A stretch of 58,797 bases of DNA from Snowella sp. (GCA_035285545.1 JAYKGY010000035.1:1-58797); one strand, 5' to 3'; counted from the first letter of the stretch, positions 1-11,180 are shown. Made by a program: numbers and translations. The notes: generated by a model not told the origin, from the sequence alone.

Positions 1-1151
1 CCGATGGCTCAATGGCTCGTTTGCCCCAATTATTTGAATATGCTCAAAAACACCAATTAAAACTGATTAGTATCGCCGATTTGATTAGTTATCGTCTCCA
101 GCACGATCGCTTTGTGGTGCGAGAAACAGTCTGTGATTTTCCGAGTCAATATGGGGACTTTAAAATTTATGCCTATCGTAATTTATTAGACCAAACGGAA
201 CATATTGCCATTGTTAAAGGTAATCCCGCCGATTTTACGGATCACCCCGTCATGGTACGGATGCACTCAGAATGTTTAACGGGGGATGCCCTGGGATCAT
301 TGCGCTGCGATTGTCGGATGCAGTTACAGGCGGCCTTGAAAATGCTGGAAAATGCGGGCATGGGAGTAGTGGTTTATCTGCGCCAAGAGGGACGGGGCAT
401 CGGTTTAGTGAATAAATTAAAAGCCTATTCCTTGCAAGATTTGGGGCTAGATACGGTGGAAGCCAATGAACGATTGGGGTTTCCTGCGGATCTGCGAGAT
501 TACGGTATGGGCGCGCAAATGTTGAATGATTTGGGGGTAAAACACATTCGCCTGATTACCAATAATCCCCGTAAAATTGCGGGGCTGAAGGGTTATGGGT
601 TAGAGGTGGTGGAACGGGTTCCCTTGTTAATTGAAGCGAATGATTACAATTCAGGCTATTTAGCGACCAAAGCCGAAAAATTAGGCCATTTACTCTTACA
701 AACCTATTTAATTACCATTGCGATTAATTGGCAACCTGATGTTTATACGGCAACAGAACGCTATGAAAAACTGGAGAAATTGCGCTTTTTAGTCCGTCCT
801 AGTCAGCTTTTGTTGCAAGAAGAAGTTCGTCCTGTGGCGATCGCGCTCTTTAATAAATCGTCTCTGATTTTTCATTTAGGCTTGGATCAAGGGAATGCCA
901 CTTCCCCAGATTGGTATCAAGATCCGAATAATCCCTACCTAACGGCGATCGCGGGAATTTTAGAGACTCTAATCACTTGGGAGAATGTTCAACAATTGGA
1001 ATTTTTGATTTCGAGTGGTGACGATCCGATGATTGGCTTACAAGTAATCTTGGAACGGGAAAACTTATCATTTAAAGATAGCCCTTCAACTCTTTGTCAA
1101 AAGCTCAAAACGCAGACCATTTATAGTTTTCAACGCACCTCAAACGTATAA
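1..1151 (+). CDS. ribBA: Bifunctional DHBP synthase / GTP cyclohydrolase II, 5'-truncated by the window edge
   Basis: Frame is open from the window start ([10 protein letters not shown]). Motifs [30 protein letters not shown] and LITNNPRK; cyanobacterial C-terminal extension. Confidence 0.95.
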   Translation, partial: DGSMARLPQLFEYAQKHQLKLISIADLISYRLQHDRFVVRETVCDFPSQYGDFKIYAYRNLLDQTEHIAIVKGNPADFTDHPVMVRMHSECLTGDALGSLRCDCRMQLQAALKMLENAGMGVVVYLRQEGRGIGLVNKLKAYSLQDLGLDTVEANERLGFPADLRDYGMGAQMLNDLGVKHIRLITNNPRKIAGLKGYGLEVVERVPLLIEANDYNSGYLATKAEKLGHLLLQTYLITIAINWQPDVYTATERYEKLEKLRFLVRPSQLLLQEEVRPVAIALFNKSSLIFHLGLDQGNATSPDWYQDPNNPYLTAIAGILETLITWENVQQLEFLISSGDDPMIGLQVILERENLSFKDSPSTLCQKLKTQTIYSFQRTSNV

Positions 1152-1175
1152 ATTTCAGTTTGGCGTTTTATTTTA

Positions 1176-1907
1176 TCAGGGAGAAACTTGTTTAACCGGC
1201 CGGGGCGCATCAAAAATATAGCCCTTACCGCGAATCGTTTGAATATAATCGCCTTCAGGTTCCCCGATTTTTCGCCGAATTTGTCCGATGTGAACATCTA
1301 CTTTGCGCTCTGCTTTTACATCATCTACTGTGCCCCAAACGGCAGAAATCAATTCTTTTCTTCCCCAAATTTTCCCTGGATGAGTCGCAAGGAAATAGAG
1401 CAATTCAAATTCTAACTGGGTTAGGGGAACTGATTCATTCTCAATAATGACTTCATTGCGCTCTAAGTCAAACTCTAAACGCCCAAAATTAATATCGGAT
1501 TGAGGGGCAGTCGGGGGGATTTCTAAGGTTGCCTGACGTTTAATGAGAGCCGCAATTTTAGCTCTTAAAATTTCCAAATTAAAGGGCTTCGTTAAGTAAT
1601 CATCCGCCCCCTGCTCAAAACCTTCCAAAATATAATTCGTATCTGATAAACAAGTCAGTATTAAAATAATTGTCTGCGAATTTCGCATTTCTTTGCAGAG
1701 ATTAAAACCGCTATCGTCGGGTAAGTTAACATCTAACAGAACGAGGTGAGGGCGAAATTCTTTAAATAAATCTCTTGCAGTTTTTGCATCTTCAGCAGTT
1801 TCTACATGATAATCATTAAAACTCAAAAAACGACCTACCAAATTGCGAATGGCAAGGTCATCATCGACTACTAAAATTTTATTTTGAGGATTCTGACTAG
1901 GATTCAT
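1176..1907 (-). CDS. OmpR-family response regulator
   Basis: Receiver domain (VVDDD, LLDVNLP, GADDYLTKPF) and winged helix (LTQLEFELL, VDVHIGQIRRKI, TIRGKGY). Confidence 0.93.
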   Translation of the reverse strand: MNPSQNPQNKILVVDDDLAIRNLVGRFLSFNDYHVETAEDAKTARDLFKEFRPHLVLLDVNLPDDSGFNLCKEMRNSQTIILILTCLSDTNYILEGFEQGADDYLTKPFNLEILRAKIAALIKRQATLEIPPTAPQSDINFGRLEFDLERNEVIIENESVPLTQLEFELLYFLATHPGKIWGRKELISAVWGTVDDVKAERKVDVHIGQIRRKIGEPEGDYIQTIRGKGYIFDAPRPVKQVSP

Positions 1908-1987
1908 GGATGCTGGATTAAGAGAAAATCAGAAAAAATTTATAGTGCAATCATAATTGATTTATTCTTTTTAGCAAATTATATTCG

Positions 1988-3442
1988 ATGACTAAACAAC
2001 AGGAAACACCGATTATTGCAGCTTTGCGATCGCTGATGTCTCAACCCGATTCATGTTTTTATGCCCCTGGACATAAACGGGGGCAAGGAATTTCTCGCTC
2101 ATTAGCAGCATTGTTAGGTCACAGAATTTTTCAAGCAGATTTACCCGAATTACCGGAGTTGGATAATTTATTTGCACCATCTGGGGTAATTGAACAGTCT
2201 CAGCAGTTAGCCGCGGAACTGTGGGGGGCTGACCACACTTGGTTTTTGGTTAATGGAACCAGTTGTGGGATGATTGCGGCTATTTTAGCAACCTGTGGTT
2301 TTGGCGATAAAATCATTCTTCCTCGTAATAGTCATCAGTCGGCGATCGCTGGTCTCATTTTGTCAGGAGCAACTCCGCTTTTTATTGAACCAGCCTATAA
2401 TCCGCAATGGGATTTGGCCTATGGGATTACACCAGCGTCCTTGGAAAAACTGCTCCGTAAATATACTGACACAAAAGCCGTGTTGTTATTGTATCCGACT
2501 TATCATGGTGTTGGAGCAGATATTGAAGCGATCGCTGACCTTACCCACCGCTACCAGATTCCCTTAATTGTCGATGAAGCCCACGGCTCCCATTTCTCTT
2601 TTCATCCTGATTTTCCGCCTTCGGCCCTACAAAGCGGTGCAGACATTAGCATTCAATCTACCCACAAAACGCTAGGGGCCTTGAGTCAAGCTTCGATGTT
2701 ACACCTGCGGGGAACACGGATCAGTCCCCAACGGATCAGTAAAGCCTTGTCCTTGGTTCAATCCACCAGTCCTAGCTATCTCCTCTTAGCTTCCCTCGAT
2801 GGCGCAAGGCAACAAATGGCGTTAGAGGGTCAAGCGTTATTAACCCGAACCTTAAATTTAGCCAAAATTGCGAGAGACCGTTTATCTCAGCTTGCAGGCA
2901 TCCAGGTTTTAACGGCTACTGAGCCTGAACTCGGTTTCCGATGGCTTGATCCGACTCGTTTAACAATAGATGTGAGTCGCTGGGGTTTAACGGGATTTGA
3001 GGTGGATGAAATTTTACGACAGGCGTTTCAGGTGACAGCAGAACTTCCCACGTTACGGCAACTGAGTTTTATTATCAGTTTGGGTAATACGCAACTAGAT
3101 ATTGATCAGCTATGTCAGGCTTTTACGATCCTCAGCGATCGCTATACAGTTTCTTCTCGCAATTCATTGGATTTACCCGCATTACCCCCTTCCCAATTAG
3201 CCTGTTCCCCCAGAGAGGCCTATTTTGCCCCAACAGAAACGGTCTTGATCAAGGATGCCTGCGATCGCGTCAGTGCGGAATTAATTTGTCCCTATCCGCC
3301 AGGGATTCCGGTGTTAATTCCAGGGGAAATTATTACCCAAGAAGCCTTAGATTATTTACGACAGGTTCAACAACTCGGTGGCATGATTAGCGGTTGCAGC
3401 GATGATAGTTTACAAACAATACGAGTGACCGTCCTCGATTGA
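1988..3442 (+). CDS. PLP-dependent Orn/Lys/Arg decarboxylase family protein
   Basis: PGHKRG, FLVNGTSCG, VDEAHG, QSTHK (PLP lysine), STSPSYLLLASLD, PYPPGIP. Confidence 0.92.
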   Translation: MTKQQETPIIAALRSLMSQPDSCFYAPGHKRGQGISRSLAALLGHRIFQADLPELPELDNLFAPSGVIEQSQQLAAELWGADHTWFLVNGTSCGMIAAILATCGFGDKIILPRNSHQSAIAGLILSGATPLFIEPAYNPQWDLAYGITPASLEKLLRKYTDTKAVLLLYPTYHGVGADIEAIADLTHRYQIPLIVDEAHGSHFSFHPDFPPSALQSGADISIQSTHKTLGALSQASMLHLRGTRISPQRISKALSLVQSTSPSYLLLASLDGARQQMALEGQALLTRTLNLAKIARDRLSQLAGIQVLTATEPELGFRWLDPTRLTIDVSRWGLTGFEVDEILRQAFQVTAELPTLRQLSFIISLGNTQLDIDQLCQAFTILSDRYTVSSRNSLDLPALPPSQLACSPREAYFAPTETVLIKDACDRVSAELICPYPPGIPVLIPGEIITQEALDYLRQVQQLGGMISGCSDDSLQTIRVTVLD

Positions 3443-3572
3443 TCCTTGACTCAACCCAGATAAGGAGACAGCGAGAAATTTGTTAACGTTATTGATAGAG
3501 ACTCGTTGAGGGAGTTCTTCACACCTTGTTTCAGCTTGTCTTGTCCAGATAGCCTATTGATAATGGGTTGAG

Positions 3573-4076
3573 ATGATGCAGAATTTGAAGTTAGGCAGCC
3601 TAGCGGGGATACTGTTGGGTTTTGGGATAATGATGGGGTCGGCTCCCCAGGGCTTAAGTTTGCCTAAATTATGGATCTCCCAAAGTATTTCTTCTCAAGA
3701 GGTTCCCGTGGAAGTGGAAGACCGATTGGTCGAAGGGATGGGGCAAGGAATGCAGGGCCATTACCCAGAAGCGATTCGTATCTTCTCTCGTTTGATTCAG
3801 GAGTACCCCAACTATGCCGATGCCTATCATAATCGGGGGATTGCCCAAGCTAAATTAGGCAATAAAAAAGCTGCGATCGCGGATCAACAGCAGGCGGTTA
3901 GGATGAATACTGAGTTAGCGGAAGCCCATCAAGCCTTGGGATTGTTGTTGTTGGACGAAGGTAACAAAGATCAAGGAATTGAACATTTACAGATAGCCGC
4001 CCAACTTTACCAGAAGCAAGGTAATAAAATTGCCCACAATCGAGTGACTAAACAGTTGCAATCTCTCCAACCTTAA
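3573..4076 (+). CDS. TPR-repeat protein with predicted signal peptide
   Basis: Hydrophobic N-terminus; TPR patterns YADAYHNRGIA and AEAHQALG. Confidence 0.8.
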   Translation: MMQNLKLGSLAGILLGFGIMMGSAPQGLSLPKLWISQSISSQEVPVEVEDRLVEGMGQGMQGHYPEAIRIFSRLIQEYPNYADAYHNRGIAQAKLGNKKAAIADQQQAVRMNTELAEAHQALGLLLLDEGNKDQGIEHLQIAAQLYQKQGNKIAHNRVTKQLQSLQP

Positions 4077-4251
4077 GTATTTCATTGCTCATTAGGTCAT
4101 TGATCCCAGCGTACTCACTCGCGATCGCGGGGTGAATTTTTGTCGCGCTCTTTTAATTAGTACTTTTGTTCGTATGAACTGGGGTGAACATTACCCAGAC
4201 TTTCTTGTGGCTATATTCTGCCTGGTCAATTTTAGGGTAATATTTTTGTCA

Positions 4252-4277
4252 TAATAAAAGTAAGTCTAATTTTATTA
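4252..4277. promoter_or_regulatory. Inverted repeat upstream of the recombinase (possible operator or binding site)
   Basis: TAATAAAA-N10-TTTTATTA, 50 bp before the start codon; AT-rich context weakens the signal. Confidence 0.3.
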
Positions 4278-4327
4278 CCATTTAAGTTTTAATTTATACT
4301 TTGATTGAATTAAAAAAATAACTAAAA

Positions 4328-5182
4328 ATGATCATCACTCTCGCGAAAGTTGCAACTGAATTTTTAGATCGAGAGACATTAAAGCAGAATACATTGCGAT
4401 CCTATGAGGCGACCCTGCTCCCGCTCTTAGAACGCTATGGGCGATCGCCGATCCAATCCTTGACACGTCCAGTTTTAGAGGACTATCTCAGCAGTTTGAA
4501 TCATTTAAGTTGGAGTACCTACAATCGCCATCAATCGATTATTCAGGCATTGTTTACCTTTGCAGTGGATCGGGGTTATCTGCATTACAGTCCAATCGCT
4601 CACCTAAAACGACGAAAATCTGATAAAAATCAGCAATCTAGCATAAAAATTTCTTATTTAACCCCTGATAACCTGAAATTACTCTATGACTTACTAGAGC
4701 CTAACTCCCGTTTACATACCCTAATTTTGCTTTTACATCGGACTGGCGCTACGGTTACGGAGATTCTCGCGTTGGATCTGGAACAAATGAATCTGCGCGA
4801 TCGCGTTTTTCCGGTGTTCAACAAGTCCCAAAAACAGCGATGGTGTTCCTATGATGAAGCCGTTGCCGATGTATTAGCCAATTATCTCCGCCTCTATCGG
4901 CATTCAGGTCATCCCGCTCTTTTTACTGCCCAACAGCCATTTAGCAAGGTTATTAGTCGCCTGAGTTATCGAGCCGCCTATCAGGATTGGAAAGACATTA
5001 TTATTCAAAGCCCGACTTTACAGAATTTTCGACTTCAGGATCTCCGCCATACTTTTGCCATGGAGCGTATTGGAGCCATCGGCATTGAAGCGTTGAAAGA
5101 TCTTATGGGTCATGAAAGCCTTCAAACTACGATGCAGTACCTCAAATCCTCTTCTCAACATCTCCCGCGATCGCATCAGTAG
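4328..5182 (+). CDS. Tyrosine recombinase/integrase-family protein, possibly catalytically degenerate
   Basis: SAM-like N-terminus, LRHTFA, LMGHESLQTTMQY. Box I reads TGATVTE instead of TGxRxxE; box II reads QDLRH instead of HxLRH. Confidence 0.88.
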   Translation: MIITLAKVATEFLDRETLKQNTLRSYEATLLPLLERYGRSPIQSLTRPVLEDYLSSLNHLSWSTYNRHQSIIQALFTFAVDRGYLHYSPIAHLKRRKSDKNQQSSIKISYLTPDNLKLLYDLLEPNSRLHTLILLLHRTGATVTEILALDLEQMNLRDRVFPVFNKSQKQRWCSYDEAVADVLANYLRLYRHSGHPALFTAQQPFSKVISRLSYRAAYQDWKDIIIQSPTLQNFRLQDLRHTFAMERIGAIGIEALKDLMGHESLQTTMQYLKSSSQHLPRSHQ

Positions 5183-5499
5183 ACGTGCTAAATCTTCAAA
5201 TATTGCAAATTGACCATTCTGTTTTCTTGGATGTTTTTTCTATTGAACTTTAAAAAAGCGATAGGATAAGGATTTTAAAATTGGGTGGCAAATTTGAGAG
5301 AAGATTTTCAGCATTTTTTCAATATTTAGAATAAATTTTTAATTAAAATTTCTGTTAATCTATCTGTTAATCTCAATTAAATCGTTTTGATAAGTTTCGC
5401 TCGAATTTTAAGTTCATTTTTAAACGTAATGGTGGGTCGTTAATCAAATGTTCATGAACAAAATTTTGTCACGGCCAGTACAGGTTAGGGGGCATCAGA

Positions 5500-6735
5500 A
5501 TGCAAACTCCTTTATATGAAGAGCCTCGAAATCAACGATTTCATGCGGGTGAAGATATATTTAAAGAAGGGGATAGGGCAAACTTTGCCTATATTATCCA
5601 AGAAGGGGAAGTAGAGATTTGGACAATCGTTAATGAAAAGCGTTTAGTTTTAAATATTCTCAAAACAGGGAGCCTATTTGGAGAGTTAGCCCTAGTTGAT
5701 AATCAACCACGATCCGCCTCAGCAACCGCCCTGACCGATTGCCTTTTAGTATTAGTGACGACTGAGCAAGTTAATCAGCGTATTCAAGAAGCAGATCCGA
5801 TTTTACAAATGTTATTATGGGTCGTAATGCGTCATTTTCGGTCTGAAACGCGAAATTTTCGGAATATTATCAACAACATAAACAATCAGGAAAAATTGAC
5901 CCTAGAGCAATTAAATTTAGAGAATCAGAAAAAAATTGAAGCATCAAAACGGGTTTCGGATGCCGTCGAATTAATCCGTATGGAGGGAGAGTTAAAAACG
6001 GCAATTAAGCAACAACAATTTCATCTCGTTTACCAACCTATTGTTAATTTAAAAACCAATCAAATTACTGGATTTGAAGCATTAATTCGTTGGCATAGTC
6101 CAGAGCGCGGTTATGTGTATCCCGATGTTTTTATTCCCTTGGCTGAATCAACTTCTTTAATTATTCCCATTGGAAAATGGGTGATTAAGCAAGGCTTACA
6201 GGATTTAAAAGTGATAGAACAGGCGTATGGTAAACCATTGTTTATGAGTTTTAACATTGCCACTCGCCAAATTGAAGACCCAGATTTTATTGATTGGATC
6301 TTGTCGGCTGTCCAAGAAGTCAATATTCCTCCTTCTCAAATAAAATTAGAACTTTTAGAACGTATTCTTTTTAAAAGTGAAAATACCCTAGCCTGGGTTT
6401 ATAATTGTCGCTCTGAAGGTTTTTTATTAGCCTTAGATGATTTTGGAACGGGTTATTCCAGCCTGCAATATTTAAATGAATTTAATTTGGATAGTATCAA
6501 AATTGATAAGTCTTTTGTTCAAGGCTTAGGGATTAAAAATAATAGTCAGAGTATTTGCCAAGCTATTATTAATCTCGCGTTGGCATTAAATATGACGGTT
6601 GTTGCTGAAGGGATAGAAACAGAAACTCATTTGGCGATGCTGCGAGACATGGGATGTTGTTTTGGCCAAGGTTATTATTTTTCTAAGCCTGTTCCCCTAG
6701 AACAAGCGATCGCGCTAGTTGACCGCTTTAATTAA
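5500..6735 (+). CDS. cNMP-binding domain + EAL c-di-GMP phosphodiesterase
   Basis: FGELAL...PRSASA (CNB domain); FEALIRW, DDFGTGYSSL, KIDKSF, VAEGIE, QGYYFSKP. Confidence 0.93.
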   Translation: MQTPLYEEPRNQRFHAGEDIFKEGDRANFAYIIQEGEVEIWTIVNEKRLVLNILKTGSLFGELALVDNQPRSASATALTDCLLVLVTTEQVNQRIQEADPILQMLLWVVMRHFRSETRNFRNIINNINNQEKLTLEQLNLENQKKIEASKRVSDAVELIRMEGELKTAIKQQQFHLVYQPIVNLKTNQITGFEALIRWHSPERGYVYPDVFIPLAESTSLIIPIGKWVIKQGLQDLKVIEQAYGKPLFMSFNIATRQIEDPDFIDWILSAVQEVNIPPSQIKLELLERILFKSENTLAWVYNCRSEGFLLALDDFGTGYSSLQYLNEFNLDSIKIDKSFVQGLGIKNNSQSICQAIINLALALNMTVVAEGIETETHLAMLRDMGCCFGQGYYFSKPVPLEQAIALVDRFN

Positions 6736-7850
6736 TTTAATTTTTTGTTGGCTTTAAATTTATTGAGTGTGACTTTCTGACCTCGCTTAACAAGCTAAAT
6801 TTTGCTATTTAAGAGATAAAAATTAACGAAAAATTAGGCTCTACACTTTTAATTGTAGGAGAAAAAATCAATCAATCAAAAGGGTTTTGAATTTTATACT
6901 ATAATAGATAGTATGTATTTTATTATGTCATTTTAAATAATTTTCTCTGAGTCATATCAGAGTACATTAAAATAAAAACATTTTTAAAAGTATTAATTTT
7001 TTATAAAAAGTATAAATTTTAGCTTGTTGACAAAGAATATAAAAAATACTCTGCATCAAGAAGTTCGGCAAGGAGGCAGAAACAACGGGAGGTAAGTAGT
7101 CAGCAAGTCAGGCTGATCCAATCAAGGTTTTGGGATAACAACCCTACAGCGATCGCTTTCCCAGCATCAGAATTTAAGCGGGGTAGTGATAGATGACTCC
7201 AGTGGGGGGGCTGATTCTGTCACGGAGGTTGAGCTACAGAGCCTCTAGCCTCTAAACCCTAGTCGTAGGGGGTTGTATTCAATAAAGGAATTTGTCGTAA
7301 TCTCTTGAGGGTGAAAATACGGAAAATAAACTTCTCTACTCAGGTGCTACTAGCCTCAGTTCATTACCAAGGTTTTTGCCTGATTTCCTCCGTAGAAATT
7401 GAGCTATCTTAAAATCTTGTTAAATTCTTAGATGTTAGGTAGATTAAAATTTCTAATACCGATAATTGCTGTTATGGGAATTAGAAAAAGTGCTTGCTGG
7501 GTGGTAATTCTAGGGATCTAAGTTTTCAGCGTTATTTTCTTCTCTAATAATTAGAAGCCTTCTGATTGAAGAAGATTTTGAAGATTAATCTCACTAAACC
7601 TAAAGGAAGAATGTGATAAAACCTCTCCCATATTTTTATTCTAAATTCGATAAAAAAGAGATAAAAGGATTCACCCCCTTACCTCTTTATTTTTAGGAAT
7701 CTCAAACGTTCAAAAGGGACTACGTTAAATTCTCAAAATACCCATCCCGTTGAAGTCGGTCTTAAATTGTCGATTGTCACCCCCCCAAGAAACCATTCCT
7801 GCCTGTTGACGGGGCGTTACCTGCTTCTGCTTAGCCTCAATTCAAGTTCG

Positions 7851-8453
7851 TTAATCATGAATCGCATTTAACAAGACTTCGGTTAAGGTAAAATCTTCCA
7901 TATCGTGGAGCGTGATAGTATCGACAATATCAAACTTTGCGCCGACTCCCTGAAGCTGATCATCTAACGCACTGAGAAACTTAGTGGCTCCCGCATCACT
8001 GCCAACCTGAATAAATAATAAAGCGAATTCTTCATCCGCCTCTAGGCGATTACTGGCTTCGATGATAATCTCAAAGACCGAGCGGCGATCATCCGGTTCT
8101 CCATCCGTCACAATGATAAGGGTTTCTCCCGCTTTCCCTTGTCCCGCCTGTTTACGACGAAAGAATTGATTAACCGCATCCTGTAACACGGCCGTTAAAT
8201 TTGTTCCACCGATTGGTTCATTTTCTTGAAATATCTGCTCAACCTTATCCGCTGTAACATTATCGTAGCGACGAAATTTTCCTGAAAATAAATACACGGT
8301 TATGCCATCGGCATCAAGTTGCTCACATTTACGAGCCAGTGCCATGGTTGATTCTTTGATCTGCTCCCAGCGACTTTGATGACTATTCCCATCGGTTTTA
8401 GACATACTACCGCTTTTATCAATGATGAGAGTATAGTCGCGTTTGTCTAACAT
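7851..8453 (-). CDS. VWA domain protein
   Basis: MIDAS motif DKSGSM, GGT, IVTDGEP. Confidence 0.9.
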   Translation of the reverse strand: MLDKRDYTLIIDKSGSMSKTDGNSHQSRWEQIKESTMALARKCEQLDADGITVYLFSGKFRRYDNVTADKVEQIFQENEPIGGTNLTAVLQDAVNQFFRRKQAGQGKAGETLIIVTDGEPDDRRSVFEIIIEASNRLEADEEFALLFIQVGSDAGATKFLSALDDQLQGVGAKFDIVDTITLHDMEDFTLTEVLLNAIHD

Positions 8454-8705
8454 AGTTATCCACAGGTTTTTGAACTTTCTCTATTATATCCAATGCCGAG
8501 GTTGCCGATAAGAGGGGTGATTAATTGAACCTAAATAACGCGATCGCGCCTGGTTAAATTTTTCTTTCAGCCAATCAAGCCATAAAAAATCAATGTATTT
8601 TATAACTTCTGAAGGTATGACTATGGGGAGAGCAAAATTGATTAATGGATAATTATCATATTGAGTAAGATCTCTTTTTAAAATCTTAAAGAAAAACAAA
8701 AGTTT

Positions 8706-9101
8706 ATGATATATTCGATTTCAAAAGTTTTTACAATCATCAAAGATTTTTTCAAACAAATCAAAATCAAACAAGCTTTATTCGCCCTCTCTGTTACGTT
8801 CCTATTTTTAATTCTTAATGTTAATCCTGTCTTTAGTGAGCAGTCGCTAGGAAGCAAAATTAACGAGGCGATTAATGACGTTTTTGATCAAAATAATAGC
8901 GATGATGCCAACAGACCCAAAACCGCAGGAGAATGGGATCAGCAAGCCCGTGAAACAGAAGGCCGGCCCGTTGAAAAATTAAAGAGAATTGGTGAGCAAT
9001 CAGCAGAAGCATTCAAGGAATTTGGTGCAGTTTATCCCGATACAGCAGAAAGAAGTGCTGATGCTTTGGAAGACAACTTAAAAAATTCAAAGAATCGTTG
9101 A
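8706..9101 (+). CDS. Hypothetical exported or membrane-anchored protein
   Basis: 131-aa ORF with an N-terminal hydrophobic segment and a charged helical remainder. Confidence 0.65.
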   Translation: MIYSISKVFTIIKDFFKQIKIKQALFALSVTFLFLILNVNPVFSEQSLGSKINEAINDVFDQNNSDDANRPKTAGEWDQQARETEGRPVEKLKRIGEQSAEAFKEFGAVYPDTAERSADALEDNLKNSKNR

Positions 9102-9259
9102 TTTTTCGCTTTTGCTTTTATGTAATGAATAAACATAATTCCATTTAGCAAAATGCTTAAATCCCTATAACGAGTCTACAAAAACTATCTTAAGGTGATG
9201 TACAAGTAAGAACGAGAAAATAAGGATGCTTCCTCCTAAACCCTACCCTGGATTGAAAA

Positions 9260-9808
9260 TTAATAAATCCAGGGTATGAGTTTTTTAACTTGGTTTTGAT
9301 AGGTCGCATAATCCGCAAATTTTTCCTTGAGCCAGGCTTCTTCTTTTCTGGCTTTTACATCAAAAAATATCAGGAAAACAATAGAGCCGATCGCGTGAAT
9401 TAAACTCAACTGCCAAATACTATAGGAGATCGCGAGAAAAATCACCCCGCTATAAATGGGATGTCTGACGAAACGATACACCCCACTGGTCACTAACGCG
9501 CTTTCATCTTTGGGATGGGGTAAGGGCGTGAGATTGTGACCTAAATTGGTAACCCCTAAGCCACTCAATAAAACACCGATGACCCCAAAAACAACTAGGG
9601 AGATCCAACGCCCATACTGCCAAAGGGGAGCTAAGGTATCAACTGTGATCGCAGGATAAACCGGCAGCAAAATAAAACCAAAAAAAAGCAGAAATTGAGC
9701 AATTACCCAATACTCTCCGCGATCGCCCCGCCACCACTCCGACGAAAAGCCCCAATCTTTCAGTTGATTCATCTCTTTTACTCCCCCTGGAACTTCTGAC
9801 AAATTCAA
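9260..9808 (-). CDS. Isoprenylcysteine carboxylmethyltransferase / phospholipid methyltransferase family membrane protein
   Basis: LVTSGVYRFVRHPIYSG, EEAWL, Y..Y...V.KLIPWIY. Confidence 0.88.
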   Translation of the reverse strand: MNLSEVPGGVKEMNQLKDWGFSSEWWRGDRGEYWVIAQFLLFFGFILLPVYPAITVDTLAPLWQYGRWISLVVFGVIGVLLSGLGVTNLGHNLTPLPHPKDESALVTSGVYRFVRHPIYSGVIFLAISYSIWQLSLIHAIGSIVFLIFFDVKARKEEAWLKEKFADYATYQNQVKKLIPWIY

Positions 9809-9860
9809 GTTACATTAAGATTTAGTCTAAACAACATCACTGTCAAATTACGTCTCCCCC

Positions 9861-11180
9861 ATGAATATTAGTCAAGCCGAATATCGTCAACGCCGCGATC
9901 GCCTGATGGAAAAATTAGGACAGGGAACCGCGATCGTTCAAAGTGCGCCCACTGCGGTAATGCACAACGATGTTGAATACGTCTATCGACAAGACAGTGA
10001 TTTCTTTTACTTAACAGGCTTTAATGAACCCGAAGCCGTTGCGGTTCTCGCGCCCCACCATGAAGAACACAAATTTATTCTCTTTGTCCAACCCAAAGAT
10101 CCCGAAAAAGAGGTCTGGACAGGCTACCGTTGCGGTGTGGAAGGGGCAAAGGAACGGTATGGAGCCGATGAAGCCTATTCCATCGCGGAATTAGATGAAA
10201 AATTACCCCAATATTTAGAAAAAGCCGATTGTATTTATTACCATTTAGGCCGTGATCATCATTTTAATGAAGTGGTTTTAAACCATTGGCAAAAAATGAT
10301 GGCTACTTTCTCCAAACGGGGAACCGGCCCGCAAGCGATCGCCAATACCCATCCCCTCTTACATCCGCTACGCCAAGTCAAAAGCGAAACCGAATTAGAA
10401 TTACTCCGAAAAGCCGCAGTCATCTCCGCCGAAGCCCACAACCGCGCCAGGGAATTTACTCAAGTGGGTCATTATGAATATCAAATTGAAGCCGAAATTG
10501 AACACACATTCCGTTTACAAGGGGGTTTAGGGCCTGCCTATCCTTCCATCGTCGCCTCTGGGCCAAACGCCTGCATTTTGCACTACATCAACAATGATCG
10601 ACAGATTCAAGAAAACGATTTAATTCTCATCGATGCAGGTTGTTCCTATCACTACTACAACGGCGATATTACCCGAACTTTCCCCGTTAGCGGCAAATTT
10701 ACGCCTGAACAAAGAGCACTCTACGAAATTGTTTTAACGGCCCAACTGAAAGCTATTGAAGAAGTGACAGTCGGCAATCCTTACAATCAATTCCATGACA
10801 CCGCAGTCCGAACCATTGTGGAAGGTTTAATGGATCTAGGGCTACTGGTCGGCGATATCGAAGAAATTATCAAAGAAGAAAAATATAAACCTTTCTATAT
10901 GCACCGTACAGGGCATTGGCTCGGTCTAGATGTCCATGACGCAGGTTTTTATAAAATTGGGGCAGAAACCTGGCAATCGTTGCAACCTGGTAATGTGTTA
11001 ACCGTAGAACCAGGCATTTACATTGGCCCCGATATTAAACCCGTTGAAGGCCAACCCGAAGTTCCTGAAAAATGGCGGGGTATTGGCATTCGTATTGAGG
11101 ATGATGTTTTAGTAACAGAACAAGGCCCAGAAGTTTTAACGGCTGCTGTCCCGAAATTGATTGAAGATTTGGAAAGTTAA
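9861..11180 (+). CDS. pepP: Xaa-Pro aminopeptidase P
   Basis: YRQDSDFFYLTG, DAG..Y.GDITRTFP, HRTGHWLGLDVHD, TVEPGIY, GIRIEDD. Confidence 0.96.
   Translation: MNISQAEYRQRRDRLMEKLGQGTAIVQSAPTAVMHNDVEYVYRQDSDFFYLTGFNEPEAVAVLAPHHEEHKFILFVQPKDPEKEVWTGYRCGVEGAKERYGADEAYSIAELDEKLPQYLEKADCIYYHLGRDHHFNEVVLNHWQKMMATFSKRGTGPQAIANTHPLLHPLRQVKSETELELLRKAAVISAEAHNRAREFTQVGHYEYQIEAEIEHTFRLQGGLGPAYPSIVASGPNACILHYINNDRQIQENDLILIDAGCSYHYYNGDITRTFPVSGKFTPEQRALYEIVLTAQLKAIEEVTVGNPYNQFHDTAVRTIVEGLMDLGLLVGDIEEIIKEEKYKPFYMHRTGHWLGLDVHDAGFYKIGAETWQSLQPGNVLTVEPGIYIGPDIKPVEGQPEVPEKWRGIGIRIEDDVLVTEQGPEVLTAAVPKLIEDLES

Noticed and set aside
4328..5182. Integron integrase serving the TA array
   Set aside because: No IntI-specific insertion is evident, catalytic residues are substituted, and it lies 6 kb away behind housekeeping genes
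8484..8699. 71-aa ORF
   Set aside because: AT-rich divergent promoter region, no recognisable motif
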